This document shows, one piece after another, positions 38,188 through 47,855 of a DNA stretch of 64,000 bases. The position numbers were made by a program, and so were the translations under genes. Below the pieces are notes generated by a model. It saw only the letters and a list, made by a program, of their open reading frames with translations. It ran no database searches and was not told the DNA's origin. Source of the stretch: Spirochaetota bacterium (GTDB lineage: Bacteria > Spirochaetota > UBA12135 > COTS27 > CAXSBA01); contig OZ245054.1 of assembly GCA_965224715.1 (NCBI GenBank), positions 1,917,078-1,981,077 of the forward strand, in the 5' to 3' direction. Within the stretch, counting starts at the first letter, position 1; the number at the start of each line of letters is the position of its first letter.

Positions 38188-39864
38188 GTGAAAGTAGTCA
38201 CCTGTGAAACCCTAAAGTACATTGATCAGTTGGCCGAAGAGAACTTTGCTCTTCCCGGCTTAGTCTTGATGGAGGTGGCAGGATATGAGTCCTACCTTTT
38301 TATAAAAAATTACTTAAAAAAATGGGAAGCAACTCCTCAAATCATTTTCTTCATTGGAAGTGGTCACAATGGGGGCGATGGTTTGGTGGTGGCCCGTCAC
38401 TTATTCAATAAATTTTACCAAAATATTCATCTAACAATTATCACAGATACCCAAAAAAAAAACCTTAATAATAACCTAAAACCCAATCTGAATCAGAAAC
38501 AGTTAGAGATTGTTCATCATTTGGGAATACCTGTCATCGATTATCGCAAACTAAACCGCGCTAAACCACTCAGTAAACTCATCCAAAACAAAAGAAACAT
38601 CTTGATCATAGATGCTATCTTGGGAATCGGAGGGGTATCAAGTCCAGCTCGTGGGAGTGGGGCCAAGATGATCTCTTTAGTTGAAAAATCTAAAGAAAAC
38701 CAGCTTATTCATATAATTTCTTTAGATATTCCTTCAGGAATTCATTATCCACTTTCAGATCCAAAAGATTTTCCAGCAATTTCCGCAGACATAACCCTTA
38801 CTTATGGACTTCTTAAAGATATCTTTTACTATCCTCAAATACGCCCCCAAGTTGGTGACATTCATCTTCTACATCCTGGTTTTCCCTCAACTCTACTTGA
38901 CTCTGCTACCCCTCGTTTTAATCTAGTGGAGCGTGATCAAGTCTCAAATTGGATTACTCCTTTTCAAGAAAGCGACTATAAGAAAAGTCGAGGACGGATC
39001 ATTGCAGTAGCAGGAAAGAGGGGGATGCTTGGAGCTGCCTGCCTCACCACTGAAGCAGCCTGGAAGTCCGGAGCTGGATTGGTCACCCTTTTCACCACCC
39101 CCAAAGACCGAACTCTTCTTACCCGGGCTCTTCCTCACACCATGGTTCATCCCTACTCTGATTTTTGGAAAAATCATTCCTTGAAAAATAACTTCGATTT
39201 GATGATTTTCGGTCCTGGCCTCGGACGGGAAGATGATGCACTTCAAAAAATTTTGGAAACAGCACTCAGGCAAAGAATCCCTTTAGTTATCGATGCTGAT
39301 GGTATTTATCACTATAAGTGGATTTTAGAAGACTGGAAAAACGTACTCATAAAAAAAAGAAAAGGACCAATAAATGCTCCTGTAATTCTTACTCCTCATC
39401 TGGGAGAAATGAGACAACTCCTCTCCGGAATTGAATCACCTGACCCTGGAATAGATCCCTGGGGAGCTGCGGAAGCCTTTTTTAAATATTATGACCTCCA
39501 CCAAACTATAATGGTAATAAAAAGTCATTTGAACTATATCATATCAAGCGATCATCCTCTTGATAAACCATCTTATATCGTTGAAGGACGCAATCCTTTT
39601 CTGGGTGTGGGAGGAAGTGGAGATGTTTTAGCAGGGATAATCGCAGTTTTAACTGCAAGACAACTAATGGGATTGCAAAAAATAGAAAAAAAACAAAAAA
39701 AACCAGTTAAAAAAGTAAGTCAAGCCCTATTTAAAGGAGCGATCTCCGGTTGTTTTATTCATCAAGAAGTAGGGAAACAAGCTAGAGATCAATTCAAAAT
39801 CTTTACCTCCAAGGAACTCATCAGTAAGATTCCCGAAGTATTGTCCCCTTTTCTTAAATTTTAA
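38188..39864 (+). CDS. nnr: Bifunctional NAD(P)H-hydrate repair enzyme Nnr (epimerase plus ADP-dependent dehydratase)
   Basis: 558 aa. It has the YjeF_N motif GSGHNGGDGLVVARHL and the C-terminal carbohydrate-kinase-like GVGGSGDVLAGIIA. It uses a GTG start. Confidence 0.85.
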   Translation: MKVVTCETLKYIDQLAEENFALPGLVLMEVAGYESYLFIKNYLKKWEATPQIIFFIGSGHNGGDGLVVARHLFNKFYQNIHLTIITDTQKKNLNNNLKPNLNQKQLEIVHHLGIPVIDYRKLNRAKPLSKLIQNKRNILIIDAILGIGGVSSPARGSGAKMISLVEKSKENQLIHIISLDIPSGIHYPLSDPKDFPAISADITLTYGLLKDIFYYPQIRPQVGDIHLLHPGFPSTLLDSATPRFNLVERDQVSNWITPFQESDYKKSRGRIIAVAGKRGMLGAACLTTEAAWKSGAGLVTLFTTPKDRTLLTRALPHTMVHPYSDFWKNHSLKNNFDLMIFGPGLGREDDALQKILETALRQRIPLVIDADGIYHYKWILEDWKNVLIKKRKGPINAPVILTPHLGEMRQLLSGIESPDPGIDPWGAAEAFFKYYDLHQTIMVIKSHLNYIISSDHPLDKPSYIVEGRNPFLGVGGSGDVLAGIIAVLTARQLMGLQKIEKKQKKPVKKVSQALFKGAISGCFIHQEVGKQARDQFKIFTSKELISKIPEVLSPFLKF

Positions 39865-41018
39865 TTTTTTTGCAACAATCCCTCTCCAACTCGAATGAAT
39901 TCTTGAAGTCCAATATAGAGATGGTAGAGAGTACTGGCTGGGCTTTTTTTAGAAACCAGACTACCTTCTTCGTCAAAACAATCATACCATACCCCTGGAA
40001 TATTAGGATGACAGAAAACCTTGAAGAAAGTTTCTACTGACTCAATAGCTTTTTTAAGATGGGATATCTTTCCAGTTCTTTCATAAAGAGTCAATTGAGC
40101 TTTTATCTGTTCGGTTTGTGACCACATCCGATGAGTTGATTTCACTACCGTACCATCGGGAAGAAGAAATTCATAAGCTAATCCCCATTTCCCTACATGG
40201 ACCTCGCCATAACGAAATATTTCGTTTAAGGAAACGGTTTTCTCTCCAGATAATTTTTCATACTTATTAAGAAGCCATGTCCATTCATAATGGTGGCCGG
40301 GATCTACCCATTCCTTTTTTAGGTAAGGAGTATAATCCTTATTAAAGAATTCCCGAATGAGCCGATCATGGTCATTATAAAAATAATCTTGATAGAGCGA
40401 ATAGATATTACCTGCTTCTTTCAACCATACTCCTTCTCCGGTAAGAATATGAATATCTAATAAGGCTTCGAAAAGATGCATATGAGGGTTTTGCTCAATG
40501 AAAGGAAAATTCGGTTCCGGATGAGGAAAGGAGGTATAAACCCCTCCCCTATCATTACGAAGATAGTTTTGAATAAAATTCCAGACATCATCTAATCCTT
40601 GGCGATGCTCTGCCTTACCGGTGAGGGAAGTGAGCCAACCTAGAGCTAATAACATGAAAGCATGATCATAGGCAAAAATTTTGGGATTAAGAATCTGTCC
40701 CTGGAAATCAACCAGGGTAGCAAACCCCGTTTCCTGGCGATAATGAGAATTGACGTAAGCAAACCCACCTTCGGCAACTACAGTAAAGTCACCATAACCT
40801 TCAAGGGTAGCTGCCGCATGGGAAAAGATATTACGAGCCTGTACCCGTAAACGACGGTCTAAGGTAGTGAGGGGTTTCCCCTCTAAATCTACTCCTTCAA
40901 AATATCCTCCACCTTCATGATCATATCCCGGGCCCGCCCAATACTCTAGACAATCTCGAAGATAGTTACGACATTTATCAATAAGTATTCTGATTAACTG
41001 ATTATTAATTTCTGACAT
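39861..41018 (-). CDS. AGE-family (N-acylglucosamine 2-epimerase / aldose-ketose isomerase) alpha-alpha-6 barrel protein
   Basis: 385 aa. Repeated aromatic/His helical motifs (VQARNIFSHA, YDHAFMLLALGW, NPHMHLFEALL, GHHYEWTWLL, WSQTEQIKA) are typical of the AGE superfamily. Confidence 0.7.
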   Translation of the reverse strand: MSEINNQLIRILIDKCRNYLRDCLEYWAGPGYDHEGGGYFEGVDLEGKPLTTLDRRLRVQARNIFSHAAATLEGYGDFTVVAEGGFAYVNSHYRQETGFATLVDFQGQILNPKIFAYDHAFMLLALGWLTSLTGKAEHRQGLDDVWNFIQNYLRNDRGGVYTSFPHPEPNFPFIEQNPHMHLFEALLDIHILTGEGVWLKEAGNIYSLYQDYFYNDHDRLIREFFNKDYTPYLKKEWVDPGHHYEWTWLLNKYEKLSGEKTVSLNEIFRYGEVHVGKWGLAYEFLLPDGTVVKSTHRMWSQTEQIKAQLTLYERTGKISHLKKAIESVETFFKVFCHPNIPGVWYDCFDEEGSLVSKKSPASTLYHLYIGLQEFIRVGEGLLQKN

Positions 41019-41111
41019 AACTTATATTCTTTATTAAGATAATTATACCATCATTGAAAAATTAAATTTGAATGTATTTCATGAACAATAGTATTATTAA
41101 ACCTAAGAAAA

Positions 41112-41149
41112 TGATCTATTCTAGCCTTACTGATCTATTCTAGCCTTAC
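41112..41149. repeat. Perfect 19-bp tandem duplication (TGATCTATTCTAGCCTTAC x2) in a 399-bp divergent intergenic region
   Basis: Read directly: 41112-41130 equals 41131-41149. Confidence 0.9.
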
Positions 41150-41417
41150 TTCCAGAAATATAAAGGATAAGAAAAGACATTAGAGGAGGAAAGGTTTTCC
41201 TGTTTTTCGAACATGAAATATCATCTTTTTTACAACAGGATAGAGAACATTATATTGAAGTTCTTTAGAACAAAGTATAACGAAATTCAAATAATATTTC
41301 TATAGTAATTCATATCTAAGAAACTGAACAAAAGTATTTCTGGCAATTAACTTTTCACAAAGACCAATAAGTTTATGATAAACTTAAATAATCTGAAGAT
41401 AACCAGTTTTTCTCATA

Positions 41418-42710
41418 ATGCCTAAAACCCACATCCCTTTCCATCGCCATGACTTTTCGGAATCAGAGATCCGAGCGGTAACCAGAATACTAAAAGGGAA
41501 GTGGATCACCGGAGGGCCAGAAAACGTTGCATTAGAAGAAGAAGTCGGCCGTCTTACTGAAGCTCAAGAAACATTATCCCTTAGTTCAGCTACAGCCGGA
41601 CTTTTTTTAGCTCTCAAACTTTTTGGAATAAAACCCGGAGATGAAGTCATCACCAGTCCCTATACTTTTGCTGCTACTGCCAATGTGATCTGTGCCTGTG
41701 GAGCAGATCCAGTTTTTGCCGACATCAGTCCAGACTATAATCTTGATCCCGAATCTGTCGCCCGAAAAGTTACCCCGCAAACCAAAGCTATTATTGCAGT
41801 AGATTACGGAGGGTATCCTTGTGATTATCACAGTTTAAGGAAAAACTCTGGCACGTCATTAAAGCCAAACAATATCTATCAAGAGGCTCTGGGACGCCCT
41901 CTGATATTAGCTGACAGTGCTCACTCTATCGGCACCGTCCCTAGAAGAATTAACCAAAATCTTAATCGAAAACAAAAAAAAGCAGATTCTTTATCACACT
42001 ATCAATTATCATCTCACTTTTACGCTGACATCCACTGTTATTCCTTTCATGCGGTGAAGAATATTACTTGTGGTGAAGGTGGTATATTATGTTTTATGAA
42101 TAACTCATTGATCCAAGCTGGAATGGAAAAGCATATGAGACAGGCTAGCCTTCATGGCCTTGACCGGGATGCTTATTACCGAAATCATAGGGGTTCCTTT
42201 TTTTATGATATGAAATACTTAGGTTATAAATATAATTCCAGTGAGATAGCAGCCGCCTTGGCCCGTGCCCAATTGAAACGTCTAAAAAATTTTGAAAAAA
42301 AAAAATATAATTTAAAAAAATACTATGACAAGCATTTCCAAGCTTTACCGGGAGTGAAATTCCGTCCAGAAAGTCCTACTTGGATAGACTGGCAAATTCA
42401 TCCCCATCTCTACACTTTAGAATGGGAAAAATTAGCCAATTCTGAAAAGAAAAATCCTTTATTGGCATTATCAGCCAAAGAGAAGTTTTTCCAAAAAGCC
42501 TTAAATGCGGGCCTTTCCCTTAATTTTCATTACTTGCCAATACCACTCCTTACTTATTATCAACGTCAAGGTTATTCCCTCTCTGGACTTCCGATCACTA
42601 CTTCCCTATATCCTCGCCATTTTTCTCTACCTTTTTTTTCATCATTAACCAAGTCTCAAGCATCCCAAGTAGTTTCGATTATTACTCAATTAATGACTGA
42701 AAAAAAATAA
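41418..42710 (+). CDS. DegT/DnrJ/EryC1/StrS-family PLP-dependent sugar aminotransferase
   Basis: 430 aa. Motifs are WITGGPENVALEEE, VITSPYTFAATAN and the PLP-lysine motif SFHAVKNITCGEGG. It carries an insertion of about 50 aa before the lysine motif. Confidence 0.8.
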   Translation: MPKTHIPFHRHDFSESEIRAVTRILKGKWITGGPENVALEEEVGRLTEAQETLSLSSATAGLFLALKLFGIKPGDEVITSPYTFAATANVICACGADPVFADISPDYNLDPESVARKVTPQTKAIIAVDYGGYPCDYHSLRKNSGTSLKPNNIYQEALGRPLILADSAHSIGTVPRRINQNLNRKQKKADSLSHYQLSSHFYADIHCYSFHAVKNITCGEGGILCFMNNSLIQAGMEKHMRQASLHGLDRDAYYRNHRGSFFYDMKYLGYKYNSSEIAAALARAQLKRLKNFEKKKYNLKKYYDKHFQALPGVKFRPESPTWIDWQIHPHLYTLEWEKLANSEKKNPLLALSAKEKFFQKALNAGLSLNFHYLPIPLLTYYQRQGYSLSGLPITTSLYPRHFSLPFFSSLTKSQASQVVSIITQLMTEKK

Positions 42711-42840
42711 TGATCACAAAACTACTTAATTGTTTCATCTTTAAATTTTCATAAATCATTTCAAGATAACTACATTAAACTATCCCCCTTCAGTTAAATT
42801 TAAAGATAGATTATCGAAAATCTATGTTATAATTATAGCT

Positions 42841-43356
42841 GTGATGTCTGTTAAGTCAAAAGTAGAATTTAAAGAAAAAGACTTTGTAGTTTATCCTGTT
42901 CACGGAATAGGAATTTTAGAAAAAATAACTGTAAACAAGGAAGCTAAAGAAAAAATCTATAAAATTAAATTTGTAGAGTCACAGATGGTCATAACCATTC
43001 CGGAAAATTCATTAGTAGAAATGAATATCCGAAAAACAGTTAAGAAGTCAGAAATAAAGAAAATCATTGACAGTCTTTCGAAGTTACCCAAAAAAAGTGA
43101 TAAAGATTGGAGAGTTCGTTTTAAGGAAACCTTTGCTAAATTGAAAACTGGCAATATCAACGAAACTGCTCTTATCGTCAAAGAATTATTTGTTCGTAGC
43201 AACATAAAACCTCTTTCCATGATTGAAAAAAATCAGTTTGAAACAGCTTTTGGGATGTTAGTGAAAGAAATTTCTATTTCTACAAATTCTAAAGAAGATG
43301 AGGTTTATGCCTTATTGACATCGAAATTACAAAAACTAGTCAATAAAAAGGAATAA
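42841..43356 (+). CDS. carD: CarD/CdnL-family RNA polymerase-binding transcription factor
   Basis: 171 aa. FKEKDFVVYPVHGIGILEKI is the Tudor-like RID N-terminus. The start is GTG at 42841 or ATG at 42844. Confidence 0.85.
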   Translation: MMSVKSKVEFKEKDFVVYPVHGIGILEKITVNKEAKEKIYKIKFVESQMVITIPENSLVEMNIRKTVKKSEIKKIIDSLSKLPKKSDKDWRVRFKETFAKLKTGNINETALIVKELFVRSNIKPLSMIEKNQFETAFGMLVKEISISTNSKEDEVYALLTSKLQKLVNKKE

Positions 43357-43359
43357 CCT

Positions 43360-44316
43360 ATGTTTAGAATTGTATTTATTATTTTTTATGCTGCTTTACT
43401 CTTGGTAACCCAAGATTTAAGCTATGTCGAGAAAGCTATTCTTTTTATTCCTACTTTAGTTGTTATATTTTCCATTGACTACTATTTGATCCATAAAGTT
43501 GAATTTTATACCATCCTTACTACTGGAATTATTCTAGTGATCACATTTACATTGGTTTATCTGCTATCCCAAATTCTGCTTTATGAGAACTCTATTTTCG
43601 CCATAGAACAGGCATGGAATGAAATTATCATAGCTACATTAACAGTAATCAGTTTTTATTTCAGTATTCGGATTGGTTTTTATAGCGAATATTTCAAAAA
43701 AAAAAAAGACAGCAATGTTAATGAAGTCCACTATTTGGTAGATACTTGTGCTATTATTGATGGAAGACTTCTAGAAATTGCTAAGAGTGGGTTCATCCCA
43801 AAGAATTTGATTATTCCAAATTTCGTAATTCAGGAATTACAACTTATCTCAGACAGTTATAGTCATGAGAAGAGAAGTAAGGGGAGGAGAGGTTTAGATC
43901 TATTAAAACATATGAAAAATTCCGACCATCTCTCAATCCAAATCATCAATGAGGATATAGAAGATATCAAAACAGTAGACGCTAAACTCCTCGCCCTGGC
44001 CAAGAAATATGATTACAAAATCATCACCACTGATTTCAATCTAGCTAAGGTAGCACAACTTCAAGGGGTTCAATGCCTTAACATTAACTTTTTAGCCACC
44101 CTAATTAAACCTACTATCAACATCGGTGATCGGATTCGAGTTCAAATTGTTAAAAAAGGTAGCAACAAAGATCAGGGCCTAGCCTTCCTCCCTGACGACA
44201 CCATGGTAGTTATAGAAGAAGGAGAAAGATTCATCGGTAACCAAAAACAAGTATTAATCACTTCTTTTATTCAAAGTGAATCTGGAAAAATGGCTTTTGC
44301 TAAACTCTCGAACTGA
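43360..44316 (+). CDS. PIN/TRAM domain membrane protein (YacL-like)
   Basis: 318 aa. It has four N-terminal TMs, a PIN core (YLVDTCAIIDGRLLEIAKSGF, IITTDFNLAKVA) and a C-terminal TRAM (GDRIRVQIVKKG...). The carD-PIN/TRAM-ispD order is conserved. Confidence 0.8.
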   Translation: MFRIVFIIFYAALLLVTQDLSYVEKAILFIPTLVVIFSIDYYLIHKVEFYTILTTGIILVITFTLVYLLSQILLYENSIFAIEQAWNEIIIATLTVISFYFSIRIGFYSEYFKKKKDSNVNEVHYLVDTCAIIDGRLLEIAKSGFIPKNLIIPNFVIQELQLISDSYSHEKRSKGRRGLDLLKHMKNSDHLSIQIINEDIEDIKTVDAKLLALAKKYDYKIITTDFNLAKVAQLQGVQCLNINFLATLIKPTINIGDRIRVQIVKKGSNKDQGLAFLPDDTMVVIEEGERFIGNQKQVLITSFIQSESGKMAFAKLSN

Positions 44317-44324
44317 GTCGTTAA

Positions 44325-45095
44325 TTGTTTTCTGTCATCATTGTTAGTGCAGGAAGAAGTTTTCGTTATCAAAAATCTATTACCAATAACAAAAACCTTA
44401 CTGATTCCCTTACTGGCAATAAAACCTTGGAACTGATCGGTGGTATTCCAGTGTTCCTTCATTCCTTATTAGCATTCCATGATATTTGTTATAAAGAAAT
44501 TTTTTTAACAGTTTCTCCTGAAGACTATAAAAATAATACCTATCCCCAATACCTAAAACAATATAAAAAGTTTTTCCCTGAATCCCTAGCCTCTCGTCTC
44601 CAGATTATTTCGGGCGGGGCCGAACGTTATCAGTCAGTGAAAGAAGGCTTGCTTCATTGTTCATCAGATTCTAAGTGGGTATTAATTCATGATGCTGCCC
44701 GCCCACTAATCCATGAAACAGACCTCAAACGAATTCAGAATACCATCCAAAACCACCTTGAAGAAAAGGTTGGAATTCTTCCGGTGACCAATCCTACCGA
44801 CACAATCAAACAAGTGGACGAAAGAGGCTGGGTAATCAGAAATCTCCCTCGCACAACATTAAAAGGAGCTAGCACCCCTCAATGTTTTCCTCTTTTCCTC
44901 CTACGAAAAACTTACCAGAAATGGGAAGATAATAGTTATGAAAAAGTGCCTACGGATGATAGTGAAATTTACTTTGAAGCAGGATATCCGGTCATTACTA
45001 TAACCCTACAATATCCCAATCCCAAACTCACCACCTTGGATGATTATGATTATCTCTCTCGACTTTGGAAAAGAAGATTGTTAAATAAGAAATAA
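44325..45095 (+). CDS. ispD: 2-C-methyl-D-erythritol 4-phosphate cytidylyltransferase-like (IspD/TarI family)
   Basis: 256 aa with a TTG start. It has VIIVSAGRSFRY (a degenerate AAGxGxR loop with an insertion), VLIHDAARPL and TDTIKQV. Confidence 0.75.
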   Translation: MFSVIIVSAGRSFRYQKSITNNKNLTDSLTGNKTLELIGGIPVFLHSLLAFHDICYKEIFLTVSPEDYKNNTYPQYLKQYKKFFPESLASRLQIISGGAERYQSVKEGLLHCSSDSKWVLIHDAARPLIHETDLKRIQNTIQNHLEEKVGILPVTNPTDTIKQVDERGWVIRNLPRTTLKGASTPQCFPLFLLRKTYQKWEDNSYEKVPTDDSEIYFEAGYPVITITLQYPNPKLTTLDDYDYLSRLWKRRLLNKK

Positions 45096-45098
45096 AAC

Positions 45099-47045
45099 AT
45101 GGACATAAAACTACAGAAAATTCTTTGGCAACATGAGCAACTTCTCCGGAAAACCAAATCTAAAAGTTTACTTTATAGATTGGTCGAAAATGGGCATGGA
45201 AAATTTCTCTACCATTGGCAGAAACCTAACCAAAGTCTCTCTAATAAAAAAGAACAAATCCAAGATATCCTTAAATGTGATCGACAGTTGCGGAAAGTTT
45301 ACAAGGAAAACATGAATGGACTTTCTGGATATCTCAATATGTGCCAAGAGCTACTTAAGGAATATCAAGAAGGAATGAAAGTTCCTTTTATGGGAAAGTC
45401 TCTTTTTATGCCTCCAATAACCGATTTTAGAAATATCGACAATACTCAATCTCCCCAAAATGAAAGATTCATCAAAACCGAGGAAGCTATCCGTCATATC
45501 GACAAGATCGGTTTGGTATTAGTGGCTGGAGGATTAGGAGAACGTTTATCTAGACTAACCTCAAAAATCAGCCTAAAGAATCACTTTCTCAACCATCCCG
45601 ATTTAGTCGATGACACTTTTCTTGGATTCTACTTAAAAACAATCATATCACTTCAAAAACTCTATACTCAAAAAACCGGGAAGGTAACTAAAATTACTAT
45701 TTTTATTATGTGTTCAGAGCATAATCAGAAAAATGTTATAGAGGAAGTAAAAACTTACTATCGAGCAGGCATCCAACCTCATCAAGTAACTATTGAACCT
45801 CAAATAGAAGCCCCCTGTCTTGCTAATCTTCAAGGAGATTTAGCTATATCTCCAAAGGATAACTATCGGTTGATTAAAAAACCTTTGGGACATGGATACA
45901 TTCACACCCTTATTCAACAAAAAAAATATTTAGACCAACCAATTATGAAAGAGAAAGAATACCTTTTCTTCTTTCAGGATACCAATCCTCAAGCCATCAA
46001 CACCCTTCTCTCCAGTTACGGAATCACCCGAAGTCTTGGCTACACCATGTCTTGGATAGGAGTCAAACGTTATTATGGAGAACAAGCTGGACTCATTGTT
46101 GGCCAGGAAATTATAAAAAAAGCAAGAAAAAAGGAAAGAAAGAATAGACAGATAATCAATATCGAGTATAATCGCTTACAGTCGGGAATGGTGTTACCTC
46201 CTGGTCAATTTTTCGCCAATACCAATAATTTCTGGATTCGTATCCGTGACTACCGTCAGGCCCTTAAACACAATCATAGAATGACATCTTTCATAATAAA
46301 TCCAAAACCAATTAAGACACAAACCACTTCCCAACAAATAAAGTATAAACCTTTTCGTCCTGAAACTTTGATGCAAGACATTGCTAGAGTATTACCTCCT
46401 TTTAATCAAGATAAGCCCCTGGCAGGTGTAATTCTCTATCCTCGCCATCTTGTCTTCAGTCCAGTAAAGAAACCCCTACCCACAAAAAAAACTAAGAAAG
46501 AAAAGCTTTCTATAACCGATATCTCCTATACCTCATTAGATTTAGAATTAAACAATAATAGAACTAATTTGGAAAAACTTCAAGAGAAGAATACGGTATT
46601 ATTCGGCAAAACGATGAAAATAAAAGAAAACGAGCCGACCATATTGGCTCCCCTGTTTCAGTCACCCCGAATTATTTTTGATCCCGCCTTTAAGTTAAGC
46701 CGGAAACATCTTCGGAATCATATTCAAAACTGTGTATTTCACCCTCAATCCCTCCTAGTGATTAAGGGGGATAATGTCCATCTCCATAATGTTATATTAA
46801 AGGAACACTCTGCTCTAATCATTTATCTTAATCCCAAACGGCAAATCTGCCTTACCATAAAAAATCTTACTGTTAATAATTATGGATTTAACTATATTCC
46901 AATTATAGACGGGAAAAGAAGGAAAGGGTTAAATGAAGAGGAAAAAAACCGTGGATACCGGATTTCCTGGAAAAAGCCTCTAGTAATAAAAATTAATAAG
47001 GATGGCCATTACCATTATGGAATAAATGGCCTTGAGAGAAAATAG
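45099..47045 (+). CDS. UDPGP-family nucleotidyltransferase resembling eukaryote-type UDP-sugar pyrophosphorylase (USP)
   Basis: 648 aa. GLVLVAGGLGERLS, IFIMCSEHNQ, KPLGHGYIH and LFFFQDTN match, from memory, the plant USP motifs VLVAGGLGERLG, IMTSDDTH, KPHGHGDVH and LFFQDTN. It has a beta-helix-like C-terminal domain. Confidence 0.6.
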   Translation: MDIKLQKILWQHEQLLRKTKSKSLLYRLVENGHGKFLYHWQKPNQSLSNKKEQIQDILKCDRQLRKVYKENMNGLSGYLNMCQELLKEYQEGMKVPFMGKSLFMPPITDFRNIDNTQSPQNERFIKTEEAIRHIDKIGLVLVAGGLGERLSRLTSKISLKNHFLNHPDLVDDTFLGFYLKTIISLQKLYTQKTGKVTKITIFIMCSEHNQKNVIEEVKTYYRAGIQPHQVTIEPQIEAPCLANLQGDLAISPKDNYRLIKKPLGHGYIHTLIQQKKYLDQPIMKEKEYLFFFQDTNPQAINTLLSSYGITRSLGYTMSWIGVKRYYGEQAGLIVGQEIIKKARKKERKNRQIINIEYNRLQSGMVLPPGQFFANTNNFWIRIRDYRQALKHNHRMTSFIINPKPIKTQTTSQQIKYKPFRPETLMQDIARVLPPFNQDKPLAGVILYPRHLVFSPVKKPLPTKKTKKEKLSITDISYTSLDLELNNNRTNLEKLQEKNTVLFGKTMKIKENEPTILAPLFQSPRIIFDPAFKLSRKHLRNHIQNCVFHPQSLLVIKGDNVHLHNVILKEHSALIIYLNPKRQICLTIKNLTVNNYGFNYIPIIDGKRRKGLNEEEKNRGYRISWKKPLVIKINKDGHYHYGINGLERK

Positions 47046-47120
47046 CTAGGAGGACTCTTTTAAATTATTTAATTTTAATATTGAGATACTTGTAATTATG
47101 TTATAATTATTATTCACTGT

Positions 47121-47203
47121 GGGGAGGTAGCGAAGCGGTCAAACGCAACAGACTGTAAATCTGTCGACTTCGGTCTTCGAAGGTTCGAATCCTTCTCTCC
47201 CCA
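47121..47203 (+). tRNA. tRNA-Tyr (anticodon GTA), long variable arm
   Basis: GGGGAGGTAGCGAAGCGGTCAAACGCAACAGACTGTAAATCTGT...GAAGGTTCGAATCCTTCTCTCCCCA. The 7-bp acceptor stem pairs, the anticodon loop is CTGTAAA, and the T loop is TTCGAAT. Confidence 0.95.
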
Positions 47204-47213
47204 AATCTATTGG

Positions 47214-47285
<72 letters not shown>

Positions 47286-47289
47286 TTTT

Positions 47290-47373
<84 letters not shown>

Positions 47374-47399
47374 AATAAAATTACTAAAATCGTTTATTT

Positions 47400-47851
47400 T
47401 TCTTGAAAAAAAGTCAAGAGAAAATGTTTATTGGACAAATATTGGACAAAGGTTCTCTAAAATCAGGTTATCAGAATTTATCAGATTTCTAAACTTGTTG
47501 GACAACAAAGACAGGAAAATTCTTTTTTATTGTGAAGCCTCACATAAGGAGGATACTCTTGATGCTATAGGAATTGAGCAGAAGGTATCAGGGAAGACCT
47601 ATTCTAATGAAGGAAAAGTAAAAGACTTAGAAATTTTAGGCGCAGGGTTTAAGGGTGAAATTGGAAAATATAAATTGCTTAACTCGGATAAAAAATGGAT
47701 AAAAGATATTTATGATAAAAATATAATGGGTGAGAATGTAGATATATCAAAGTTTTATTCTATGGATTATGGAGTTAGAAAACATCATAAAGAAGAATTT
47801 ATCCGTAATATTGTTAGTAGTTCAGCAGTACCGAATAAAAAAACGACTTGA
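47400..47851 (+). pseudogene. ORF fragment without a credible start, probably the 5'-truncated remnant of a phage gene
   Basis: The track ORF 47333-47851 begins inside tRNA-Leu. Downstream of the tRNA, the only in-frame ATG codons lie near the 3' end. An AAGGAGGA at about 47553 is not followed by an in-frame start. Confidence 0.35.
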
Positions 47852-47855
47852 TATA

